From contig CP060757.1 in NCBI GenBank assembly GCA_023205875.1, forward strand, positions 744,001 to 808,000: DNA of 64,000 nucleotides, given 5' to 3'. Within the stretch, counting starts at the first letter, position 1. Each line of letters opens with the position of its first letter. Under the pieces are notes generated by a model. The model did not search any database and was not told the DNA's origin. It saw only the letters and a list, made by a program, of their open reading frames with translations. Origin of the DNA: Chloropicon primus (Eukaryota). The translations under genes and the position numbers were made by a program. Shown here piece after piece: positions 1 to 9,653 of this stretch.

Positions 1-1
1 G

Positions 2-142
2 ATCAAGGGTGAGCAGGGCCTCCTCAACGTCAAGAAGAAGACCCTCGGCGGAACCATCACGAGCAAGGCCGTTGCTCTCAACAAGACGACCGCAGGCGAA
101 TCGGGAGAGACCGAGATGGTCAGCATCAACGTCGATAACTAA
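2..142 (+). CDS. 3' end of a protein-coding gene entering from upstream (partial, unknown product)
   Basis: Open frame IKGEQGLLNVKKKTLGG...MVSINVDN-TAA with host-like GC3-rich codons, followed by an A/C-rich UTR-like stretch. Confidence 0.55.
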   Translation: MKGEQGLLNVKKKTLGGTITSKAVALNKTTAGESGETEMVSINVDN

Positions 143-333
143 AACACACAAACCAACAACAAGATCTTGCCCTTTCTTGCAATGCTTCTGCTTCTACCTC
201 GAGACGACTTTGAATCCATCCTCTCTTCGTCCTCCCAAACAAGCCCTCCCCCCAAGGGCTTGAAAAATAAATTTCCAATAACCATCATAATCGGAGTGAT
301 CATCGAGGAGAGCCCTGAGGGAGCCAAGGCGCG

Positions 334-1037
334 ATGGTCACAACCAAGCCCTTCCATGTGAAGTGCCCTTATACGAACTTGCTGGTGTGCACGTGCACGC
401 ACGGGGCGACGAGGTTCAAGACTACAAAGGGTGCGTGTCTTGCGCGCGTGTGCGTGCGTGTGTGTGTGTGCTCGGAAGAGATCATCTGTCTCTTGTGTGT
501 TGTTGTGTGTGAGGGAGGAGAGAGCTTGTCTGAGAGGTGCGCTCGCTGCTTGCCCCTCCGGAGAGCCTTGCTGACACCGTTCCTCGTTTCCTTTCGTGAT
601 TTGCAGAGAAGGAGGAGTTCTCGGAACATGCGGAGAAGCTGTGGAAGCTCTACAAGAAGTCGCGCTCGGCGGACTCCGAGTGTTGCACGGTCGTGTCCGC
701 GGAGACCCGGCGGGAACCTCGTCCCCACCCGCTGCTCTTCCGTGGGATGCACGCGAACATCGCCCTCCCGGCTCTCAAGCCGCGGTTTCCCTTGTCGAAC
801 GCGAGGCGGACGCAAGGCTGGACAGTGGCCGAGCTGCGAGAGGCCTTTGGGGACGACGACGTGAGGCTGATCCTGGAGTCTGCCTTCTCACCCAAGCAGT
901 GGAAGCAGATGGCCAAGGTGCAAGGGGGCTTGCCTCAGTCACGGGGCCCTGGTTTTGGGGGTGGCGACCTGGATGAGCTGGCGCAGGTAAGTTGAAGAGC
1001 GAGCGAGGAAGTCTCCTCGAGCTAACCCCCGTAGCCG

Positions 1038-1072
<35 letters not shown>

Positions 1073-1691
1073 GCTGATCGACTTTGAACTCTTGTTTCCG
1101 TGTCACCAGATCATGGGCAACACAAGAATAAGGCTGGAGGACGTGAGGAGGTACCACGCGGTCTCGCGGGAGCAATCAGAGGGGCTCGAGGCGCGGTCTC
1201 TGAAGATGCAAGAAGCGGCGGACGCCTTTGAGGCGGAGGTCAGCAAGGAGCTCCAGGCTGGGGCCAATGAGGGAGAAGGTGCGAGCAAAGCCCTCGGGGG
1301 CGCGGGCGAGGCGGAGGAGGCCCCTGAGGACTCCGTGAGGAGGGTGGACGCCCAGAAAGCGACGCGGCCGAGCGACGCGGCCGCTGCCACCGAGGACGAT
1401 GGCGAGGGGGACAATGACGACAAGACTGGAGGGCGCGGCGACGAGGACGACGACGTCTTGGTTCCCTTCCCGAGGCGGAAGCGAACCAGTAGGTCGAGGA
1501 AGGCGAGGGAGGACTTTGGTGGAATGGTTGCCTTCGCGGCGCAAGAAGAAGAAGGTGGTGACGGTGAGGGCAAGGGGGAGGGGAACAGCCTCGTGAGCGA
1601 CGAGCAGCTCGCCCTGCGGCTCCACGAGGAACTGAACGCCCCTCCAACGAAGCGGTTGAGGTTCGCCCAAGCCGACTGTGGCGCCGAGTAG
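334..1691 (+). CDS. Hypothetical 3-exon protein with an acidic region and a C-terminal ubiquitin-binding-like helix (SDEQLALRLHEELN)
   Basis: Exons 334-430, 607-986, 1110-1691 joined in frame by GT-AG introns (GTGCGT..TTGCAG; GTAAGT..CACCAG). Confidence 0.6.
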
Positions 1692-2200
1692 TCAATAAAA
1701 CAAAACAGTGAGCCTCTTTGCGATATCTGTGCGACCACGGGACCCCCTTGGTCCCCGCTTAACTTGCAATTGTTCTTGTTTGTCTTGAAGTGCAAACTTT
1801 CATTGATCTCTGGACTTCGAGAGCCCCCGCCCCACTCCGGTTGGCGTTTTCCAGTCCATGGAGGTACAGCTCGAGGAGTGTCCTCTGAAACATCCATCCA
1901 TCGGTTCAGAAAAAAATTGCCCAGCTGTCCGTAAGATTAGAGCATCTCCCCGAGCCAAGAGTTGCAATAACGCTTTTTTTCTGTGGCGGCGGAGAAAAAG
2001 GACGAGAAGACGAGGACGAGGACGAGAGACCTGTTCAGTTAAGGGCGAGGGACGGACGAAGGGGACGGAGGGACGACGCCAGGGACGGACGAGAGAGGTC
2101 GAGGGCCAGGGGGGTCGCGGTGGGCGGAGCCGCGAAGTGAACTGCCGGGGAAGGGGGGGGCGAGAGAGAGGGAGTCGTTTGGGCCGAGCGTTTGCGAAAT

Positions 2201-4024
2201 ATGGATGCAGTCGTGTTGCTTCGAGGGGACGCGTGTATTGGGGAGGTGAAGGTGGTCGTGGAGGACAAGGATGGGAACAACGGGTCGTGTGCGTCTAAGG
2301 AGGAGTGGGTCAAGGTGATTTACGCGGAGACCGGCTTGGGCGACGACGCTCCGGGGAAGGAGGCCTCGGCGAAGGTTGTGTTCCGGGTGCCGGCCTCGGG
2401 TCTGAGCAGCGGCGTGCAGAACCTGCTTGCGGCCCTGAGCGAGGTGAACGAGAAGGTCGAGGCCGACGCGACGGGGGACCAGCCCGCGGCCGCGGGCGTC
2501 TCCCTGACCATCGCCTGCGTCAACAGGTCCCAGAGGGACGAGTTGGTGTCTTGCTTCGGCAACGACATTATGGCCAGCATGGGAGGAGCCGCGGTGGTGA
2601 GCGCTTCCAAGGCGAGCAAGAGGATGGTCCAAAGCATCCGAACGATTGAGAGCGGGATTAAGGAGGCGCTGGGCAGCGAGTCGAGCGTCCAGGACGACGC
2701 GCTCCAGGCAAGGATGGAAGACCTCTTGAGGGTCATCGAGGCCGACACCACCGGAGACTACGCGAACAGGTCGTCCCTGTGCATCGGGGCGGCGTCGATC
2801 GCGACGAGGCTGCTGCAGCTCCTCAAGGGGGAGATGCTCAAGCAGGGCGACGCGGAGGACGCGAAGGGCGCCGAGCTCATGACCGCGGAGGACGTGAGCG
2901 CTCTGGTTCAGAAGGAATTTCTCGCCGACGAGTTCAGCGATGGCTTCAAGAGGGTGTTGATGGTCTCGGAGGCGTGCAGAGCGGATGGCGCGGCAGGAGT
3001 CACCGCGGCTGAGGTGATCGTCGTCTTCGTGGCCCTGATGACGATTCTCGAAGCGGTTCTCAAGATCGAGAAGAAGACGGTGGAGGACTTTACCAAGGGC
3101 ATCGTTCTGCCCGACGGAGTCCCACAAAGCATTCAGGGCCCCAAGTCCAGCGGCGGATTCGACAACCAGCTTCAAGGCATCTCTGGCGTCAGGGAGGGAG
3201 ACTGGATCTGCTCCCAGTGTGGGGACTTCCAGTTTGCGAGAAACTTCAAGTGCAGGAGGTGCGGGGCTCGAAAGCCGGGCCAGTCCTCATACGATTCGAG
3301 GATGTCCCAAGGAGACTGGGAGTGCCCGGAGTGCAACGACTACCAGTTTGCCAGGAACACCCACTGCAGGAGATGCGGCGCCCCCAAGCCCGGTGATGGC
3401 GGCGGCATGTTCGGAGGAGGAGGAGGAGGAAGAGGAGGAGCGGAGGACCACGAACACTTTGGCAGCAGAGGAGGCGGCAGGGGCGGGGGCTTCGGCTCCG
3501 GCGGGTGGGGCTCCGGAGGCGGGGGTAGGAGCGGAGGAGGCAAGCCAGGAGACTGGGAGTGCCCGGAGTGCAACGACTACCAGTTTGCCAGGAACACCCA
3601 CTGCAGGAGGTGCGGCGCCCCCAAGCCCGGCGAGAGCGGAGGCATGTTCGGAGGAGGAGGCGGGGGAGGAGGCGGGGGCTTCGGCTCCGGCGGGTGGGGC
3701 TCCGGAGGCGGGGGCAGGAGCGGAGGAGGCAAGCCAGGAGACTGGGAGTGCCCGGAGTGCAACGACTATCAGTTTGCCAGGAACACCCACTGCAGGAGGT
3801 GCGGCGCCCCCAAGCCCGGCGAGAGCGGCGGCATGTTCGGAGGAGGAGGAGGAGGAAGAGGAGGAGCGGGGGACCACGAACACTTTGGCGGCGGCAGGCA
3901 GGGTGGCTTCAGCTCCGGGGGTTGGAGCTCTGGAGGCAAGCCTGGCGACTGGGAGTGTCCTAACTGCGGCGATTATCAGTTTGCGAGGAACACTCACTGC
4001 AGGAGGTGCGGGTGCCCTCGATAA
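2201..4024 (+). CDS. RanBP2-type zinc-finger, Gly/RGG-rich putative RNA-binding protein (5 fingers)
   Basis: Five GDW-x-C-x2-C-x4-FARN-x2-C-RR-C motifs separated by Gly-rich linkers; first in-frame ATG at 2201. Confidence 0.85.
   Translation: MDAVVLLRGDACIGEVKVVVEDKDGNNGSCASKEEWVKVIYAETGLGDDAPGKEASAKVVFRVPASGLSSGVQNLLAALSEVNEKVEADATGDQPAAAGVSLTIACVNRSQRDELVSCFGNDIMASMGGAAVVSASKASKRMVQSIRTIESGIKEALGSESSVQDDALQARMEDLLRVIEADTTGDYANRSSLCIGAASIATRLLQLLKGEMLKQGDAEDAKGAELMTAEDVSALVQKEFLADEFSDGFKRVLMVSEACRADGAAGVTAAEVIVVFVALMTILEAVLKIEKKTVEDFTKGIVLPDGVPQSIQGPKSSGGFDNQLQGISGVREGDWICSQCGDFQFARNFKCRRCGARKPGQSSYDSRMSQGDWECPECNDYQFARNTHCRRCGAPKPGDGGGMFGGGGGGRGGAEDHEHFGSRGGGRGGGFGSGGWGSGGGGRSGGGKPGDWECPECNDYQFARNTHCRRCGAPKPGESGGMFGGGGGGGGGGFGSGGWGSGGGGRSGGGKPGDWECPECNDYQFARNTHCRRCGAPKPGESGGMFGGGGGGRGGAGDHEHFGGGRQGGFSSGGWSSGGKPGDWECPNCGDYQFARNTHCRRCGCPR
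3311..4020 (+). repeat. Intragenic tandem repeat of ZnF plus Gly-linker units (starts about 3311, 3548, 3737, 3944)
   Basis: Near-identical DNA copies of GGAGACTGGGAGTGCCCGGAGTGCAACGACTA...CCCAAGCCCGG; the last copy is more diverged. Confidence 0.9.
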
Positions 4025-4391
4025 GCAAGCCACTAAACAAGCTAAGGCCACCTTCTTAGTGAAATAAAAATCCGAAGACAACACGAAACAGTAACACACA
4101 CGCACGATATCGCCCCTCAACCTCACCTCCCCCCACCCCTCTTCCTCGCCTCTCTTGGAGGACGACAGAGATTCTCCGCGCTCAAAGAGAAAATTAGAGA
4201 GGGATCACGGACGCGGTCTTTTAACCTCCTAGTGGCAGTTACGCGAGGAGACGACCTTGGTTGGGTGGAGGAGGGAAACGATCGTTTGGGAGCAGTCACC
4301 GCGTGTCCCTATGGGCGTGGCGAAGGCCGACCTGAGTTGTTTTGTCGTGTCCTTTTAAGCGCGCGGTAGGCGAGAGAAGAAGGGAGCGATT

Positions 4392-7300
4392 ATGACAAGG
4401 ACAACCGCTCCTGCTGCGGAGACGGGTCGTCGGGTCAACGAGGTGCTGCTTTGCTTTCCTGTCGCGCTCCTCGTCACTCTCGCGGCTGGCGCGGCGTTGG
4501 GGGTCGCGGCCCAGGGGACGGACGAGATAGGCGCTGACCTGAAGGGGGTCGACTGCGGTGGGACGGCGGAAGTGCAAGACGTTCTCGATTTTCTGAGCCG
4601 AGGGGGAGGGAACGGGAGCGGCCTCGTGGCCAAGGGTAATTCGTCCGCGGCGGTGGATGGGCTGGGAGGCGGTGCGAGCGAGTGGACACTGGCGGACTTG
4701 TGCGGCCTGGGCGGTGTCGTCTGCCTGGAGCAATGCACGGAGCAATTCGGGAGAACCCTCCTCGAACCCTTGTGCACCCTGGGCAACGGCACCCTGGGCC
4801 CCGAGGTTTCGTGGAGTGACGACGAGGACTTGGCGTCCCTGCTGGGGGGCAGCACCAGCCCTGCCCTGGCTCTCGTTTCGTACTGCGTCACCCAGTTGAA
4901 TTTTGCGGACAGGGGTTGGGAGGGAAGTCTGAAGAGCTTGCGCAGCCTTCGGAATCTCGAGGTCTTGAACCTCACGAAGAACGCGATCACGGGAACGGTG
5001 CAAGACCTGAGCTCCATGAAGAAGCTCGAGAAGCTGGACTTGGGATACAACAGGATCGAGGGCAACTTCAGTGGATTTGCGAACCCTGCGCTCAAGTACT
5101 TTTATGGAGGGAACAACTTGTTCAGAGGCACCTTGGCTGGGTTGGAGGGGCTCCGGAGCTTGGAGGTTTTGGACCTGAGTTTCAACGAGATTGAGGGAAC
5201 GATGGATTCCCTCGAGACCATGAGCCAGCTGAAGAATGCGCTGCTGTCGCACAACCAGCTTACGGGGAGCATTAATGTGATACAGAACATGACAGAGCTC
5301 CTCGTGCTGAACGTAGTGGACAACAGGCTGAGCGGGGCATTGCCCCAGTTCGGGGTGTTTGACAACGTGGTCGTGCTCTCGCTGAGCTACAACAACTTCA
5401 CGCGAGTCGGGAATGCTCTGGAGACTATGAAGAACATACAGCTCTTGGATTTGTCTGCGAACCAGTTCGATGACAACATCAACGACGTTCTCTCCATCTC
5501 GAGCGTATGGATGGGGCGAATGGATTTGAGGGTAAACAACTTCAGAGGCGTCATGAATCCTGACGCCTTGCAGCACCTCCCAAACCTCGAGATGTTCTTC
5601 GTCCAGGACAATCCAAAGCTTCAAGGGAGGCTTCTGCCCAACTTTGAGAACTTCGAGCAGATGCTGGTGAGCACGAACGATCAGCTGATTTATTACACGG
5701 TGGACGAAGACTTCTTCAGAGCCATAGAGACGACAGACAGCAATTACTTCCAGATCAACACTGGCTTTATTTCCTTGGAGCCAACATGCAACGAGGTGCA
5801 CCAGTCCCTGGCAATCAACGAGAATGACGACAAGGAGGCGGAATTCTACGTGGAGATTCCAGAGGAGGTCGATCAGATCTACTTCTGCTTTGCGACGCCC
5901 AGAGGGAAGTTCTTGATCGACCCTGTGACTCAGACCCCCCTGGAGTTCAATGTCACTTTCAATGCAAATGCTGTAGCATGTGGAGTACCAGTTCAACAGC
6001 AAGGTCAGTCAAAGGGAGGCACCACGAGTGGAGATGGAAGGTTTATTCCTGTTGCTCTGCCGGTTGCGACGTGCAACAAGAAAGATGCCGAAAATTTCAT
6101 CAACGAGGCCATCAGGCTGAGCATGTACACCGTGGGCCAATATGCAGATGGTTCGAGCAGGGGCAAAATTCAGCAGTTTGCTTTTGGGATCAACATTCAG
6201 GAGGACACGAGCCAGCCCCTTGGCTCAGGAGGAAAGCTGGCTGCTTACATTTCGATGATCGTCCTGTTCAGCGTAATCGCTTTTGTCTTGGCAGGATTCG
6301 TGTGGATGACAGTCGCCATGTACCTCAGCTTCCAAAAGTCCCAGAAGTACAGCAAGATGAAGAAGAGCGCAGAGAGTGCTTTTGTGAAGTCGAGGAAAGA
6401 GGCGAGGCTGCAGATGGACAAAGACAGCTGTATAGTCTTCACAGACATCCAGAATTCCACTGTCCTGCGCGATGCTTCGTCCCAGCTGTACAATGAGATC
6501 ATCCTCGTCCACGATGGAATCATTCGGAAGCTCACCGCAAAGTTGGGAGGTTTGGAGTTAGCCACAGAAGGAGACGGGTTCGTGCTCTGGTTCGAAAACG
6601 TCGCACACGGAACGCTGTTCTGCATGGAGTTGCAGGAGGAGCTCATGCAGTGCTCCTGGGACCGCAAAATCACCAAGCTCTGCAACAAGGCGTACGAGGA
6701 GAGTCACGATGGGGCGAGCACGAGGTTCGCGAGCAAGGGCTCTATGCGCTCACCGCACCACTCGAACCATTCAAACATTTCCTTCAACTCGGACGCGCCC
6801 ACCCTGTACAAGAGGTTTCAGAACAAGTACTTCAAGCTCCTGTTCAGAGCGAAGAAGGAGAAGTGCTTCAATGGCCCAAGAGTCCGCTGCGGTGTGCACG
6901 TGATACGGTCGGGGATGAACACCATCGAGAATCAGGCTCTCGGGGTGTACTCCTTTTCTGGACCAGACTTTGAGATTGGACGCATGGTGTGTGACATCGG
7001 GCACGGCGGGCAGGTGCTTGTGACCGGGCAGGCCCAAGGAATTATCCTTGAGAACCTGAACGCGACTCAATTTCCCCAAATATGGCACTGGGGCGGGTAC
7101 ACGTTCGATGACGACGAGGACAAGGACATTCACCACATCTACGAAATCGCCCCGTCTCACGGAGTGCTCAAGATGAGGAACTTCGAGAGTCTCAGGGGCC
7201 ACATCCAGCTCGCGTATCCTCCAGGTGTCAACATCACGAGCAGAAGCCTTCCCCTGGAAGACGCGATCATCGTGTGCGCGACCGTGAAGGATCCGAACAT

Positions 7301-9107
7301 GACCAAAGCAGCCTACGACATCGCAGACGGTCTCATCTCTGACATGCAGCAGAGGTTTTGGGGCTGGAGGGTCATGCCTGATGACATGGTGAAGACCCCC
7401 ACGAAGCCAGGTGGCGGGAGAGGGAAGGCGTTCGCCCGCCTGGGGAGGGTCTCCATGCGTAGCACAGGCCAGGAGGAGTTGGGTGCTTCGCCCACCGGTG
7501 AAGTCATATCGCCGGCGTCCACCGGCGCGTTCCCCTCGAACAACAGCGTGCTGGAAAAGGCCATGCCCTTCCGGTTCCAGGAAGTCTCTTTCGAGGAGCA
7601 CGAGATGTCGAAACGGTGGTTCTTCGCTTTCGCCAAGCCAGAGGATGCCCTGCGGTTTGCGCTGTGCTGCCAGCTGGAGCTCGTGTACGCGAACTGGCCA
7701 AAAAGCATAAAGAGCAGGTTCAAGAAGCAGGTTACGGCAGAGAAGGCGCCCCTGTGGCAGGGCTTGCCCGTGGCCTTTGCAATCCACGTCTGCAAGTCTC
7801 CGAATTTCGACCAGAGGAGGCACTTGGAGCTGATGCCCATCAGTTCCTTCCGCATGAAGCCTCCGTCGAAGAAGAATTTGACGTTATGCAATCCGAGCAG
7901 GAGGAACATCTTGTACACCACTCGAGACACCGTTAGGGCGACCATGAGCATCCTCGACAGCGTTGCCCTGGACGGGCAGGTCGTCGTGACGACGGATCTG
8001 ATCCAGAGCATGACCCTCCCCATCGCGAGCGTGGGGGATCCCGTCGTCGAGCACTTGGGCCGGGTCGCGGTGAAGGACTTCAAGAGCTCCGTGGATGTCT
8101 ACCAGGTCCTTCCCGTGGAGCTCGCGGCCCGGAGGTTTCCCACGCTCTCGGAGGCCTTGAGCACGGGCCACCTCCTGTCCGTGGGCGCCAGGTGCGCCCC
8201 GAAGCCCAAGGTCGGCCTCGCCTTCGTCTTCATGTACACCGTGGTCTCGAGCGAGACCCAGGACAACGAGGGGAACAACGCCTTCTCGTCGGATTCCATC
8301 TTCGACGGGGACCAGCTGCAAGTCCTTCTCACCAGGTTCTCCGGGTACCTGGTGGACGAGGTCAGCATGAGCAACATGGTCTTCGCCTTTGAGGACGTGA
8401 GCGGGGCCGTCTGCTTCTGCGCCACGATCCAGAAGTCCCTGGCCATCTTCAAGCTGAGGCTCAAGGACTCGCTGTGGGAGGAGGACGGGGTCCAGGGCGA
8501 CAGGTCCTTCGAGCTGAGCGAGGGCGCGCCCCAGGACGCCGTGGACGCGGTCAACCTGCTCAAGAGCAACCACGACGTCAACAAGACCCTCAAGTTCGGG
8601 ATCGCCTCGATCGAGACCCAGGCGGAGGTCCACGACGTGTACCTCGGGATAGACTCCACGACCGGGCGCAGGAGGTACGGCACCCCCGTGCTGAACATGG
8701 CCGCAAGGGTGGCCAAGAGCGCCCGCACGGGGCAGATCCTCATGGTGGGGAGGAACCCCACCAAGAGGTTCTGGGACAGCCGCAAGGTCGGCGAGCTGGA
8801 GGACTCGGTCGGGGGGGTCCAGATCCTGCAGCACGGCTACTACAAGCTCCGGGGCTTCGGGGAGAAGCCCAGGTTCATCTACGAGGTGCGGTCCTCGATG
8901 GTCGCGACCTGCTCCCTCCTGGACCTCAGCCAGGCGGACCACGTCCTCAACTCGGACGACATCGAGGCCGTGTCCTCGCAGCGGTCCTACCTGTCGGGCT
9001 CCGAGGGGGCTCTGAGCATCGATAAGGTCGCCAGCACCGCGAGGACGGGGTCCAGGAGGAAGAAGAGGAGGGACGGGGGCCGGGGAGTCCGAGGAGGAGG
9101 GCGGTAG
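4392..9107 (+). CDS. LRR receptor-like class III adenylate/guanylate cyclase (signal/TM, LRR ectodomain, TM, three cyclase-like domains)
   Basis: Plant-type LRRs (LEVLNLTKNAITG, LDLSFNEIEG); TM at about 6240-6325; cyclase motifs VFTDIQNST, TEGDGF, GPRVRCGVH, GHGGQVL and later NMAARV..GQIL. Confidence 0.85.
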   Translation: MTRTTAPAAETGRRVNEVLLCFPVALLVTLAAGAALGVAAQGTDEIGADLKGVDCGGTAEVQDVLDFLSRGGGNGSGLVAKGNSSAAVDGLGGGASEWTLADLCGLGGVVCLEQCTEQFGRTLLEPLCTLGNGTLGPEVSWSDDEDLASLLGGSTSPALALVSYCVTQLNFADRGWEGSLKSLRSLRNLEVLNLTKNAITGTVQDLSSMKKLEKLDLGYNRIEGNFSGFANPALKYFYGGNNLFRGTLAGLEGLRSLEVLDLSFNEIEGTMDSLETMSQLKNALLSHNQLTGSINVIQNMTELLVLNVVDNRLSGALPQFGVFDNVVVLSLSYNNFTRVGNALETMKNIQLLDLSANQFDDNINDVLSISSVWMGRMDLRVNNFRGVMNPDALQHLPNLEMFFVQDNPKLQGRLLPNFENFEQMLVSTNDQLIYYTVDEDFFRAIETTDSNYFQINTGFISLEPTCNEVHQSLAINENDDKEAEFYVEIPEEVDQIYFCFATPRGKFLIDPVTQTPLEFNVTFNANAVACGVPVQQQGQSKGGTTSGDGRFIPVALPVATCNKKDAENFINEAIRLSMYTVGQYADGSSRGKIQQFAFGINIQEDTSQPLGSGGKLAAYISMIVLFSVIAFVLAGFVWMTVAMYLSFQKSQKYSKMKKSAESAFVKSRKEARLQMDKDSCIVFTDIQNSTVLRDASSQLYNEIILVHDGIIRKLTAKLGGLELATEGDGFVLWFENVAHGTLFCMELQEELMQCSWDRKITKLCNKAYEESHDGASTRFASKGSMRSPHHSNHSNISFNSDAPTLYKRFQNKYFKLLFRAKKEKCFNGPRVRCGVHVIRSGMNTIENQALGVYSFSGPDFEIGRMVCDIGHGGQVLVTGQAQGIILENLNATQFPQIWHWGGYTFDDDEDKDIHHIYEIAPSHGVLKMRNFESLRGHIQLAYPPGVNITSRSLPLEDAIIVCATVKDPNMTKAAYDIADGLISDMQQRFWGWRVMPDDMVKTPTKPGGGRGKAFARLGRVSMRSTGQEELGASPTGEVISPASTGAFPSNNSVLEKAMPFRFQEVSFEEHEMSKRWFFAFAKPEDALRFALCCQLELVYANWPKSIKSRFKKQVTAEKAPLWQGLPVAFAIHVCKSPNFDQRRHLELMPISSFRMKPPSKKNLTLCNPSRRNILYTTRDTVRATMSILDSVALDGQVVVTTDLIQSMTLPIASVGDPVVEHLGRVAVKDFKSSVDVYQVLPVELAARRFPTLSEALSTGHLLSVGARCAPKPKVGLAFVFMYTVVSSETQDNEGNNAFSSDSIFDGDQLQVLLTRFSGYLVDEVSMSNMVFAFEDVSGAVCFCATIQKSLAIFKLRLKDSLWEEDGVQGDRSFELSEGAPQDAVDAVNLLKSNHDVNKTLKFGIASIETQAEVHDVYLGIDSTTGRRRYGTPVLNMAARVAKSARTGQILMVGRNPTKRFWDSRKVGELEDSVGGVQILQHGYYKLRGFGEKPRFIYEVRSSMVATCSLLDLSQADHVLNSDDIEAVSSQRSYLSGSEGALSIDKVASTARTGSRRKKRRDGGRGVRGGGR

Positions 9108-9653
9108 CAGCCGCTGCAGTCGTGCTTTTTTCTGGTTTTGGGGGAAGGGGAGTTGCAGCAGCCAGCGTGTGGCGCAGCGTGTCGAGGAGAGCAAGTAAGA
9201 GAGAAGGACGTTTCTCCTTGTGTGTTCTATTTTTTTTTCCGCTCTTTTTCACGTCCCAGAGTTAAACCTAATGAATCGTTCGGCATTCATTCTATCCTCG
9301 AACCCCTGCCTCATTCCCATCCAATTCTCCTGCTCATTCTTGGACGCCTGCGCGCCTTAAATGTTTGAACATTTGAGAACAACATGAGAACGAGGGATCC
9401 GCTCAACCACACACTCGCGGTCAACAAAGCGCGGGAAAAGAATTGGTCAACGCCGCCAGACGAGACGAGAGACGAGAGACTTCCTTCCTCGACGCCGACG
9501 ACGGTTGGTTTTGTTGCCTGAGACTGACGCACCCACGTCGGGCGCGCCATCCGTTACGACTGACGCGACGCGCGCGCCCGCCGTAACGGTAACGCCACAG
9601 GGAGAGATTCCGCGCGCTCGCGGGGTGTTTCTTCGGTTGTGAGGACGACGACG

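Noticed and set aside
3311..4020. Regularly spaced repeats resembling a CRISPR array
   Set aside because: In-frame coding repeats of zinc fingers; spacers are not unique, the context is eukaryotic and no cas genes are present
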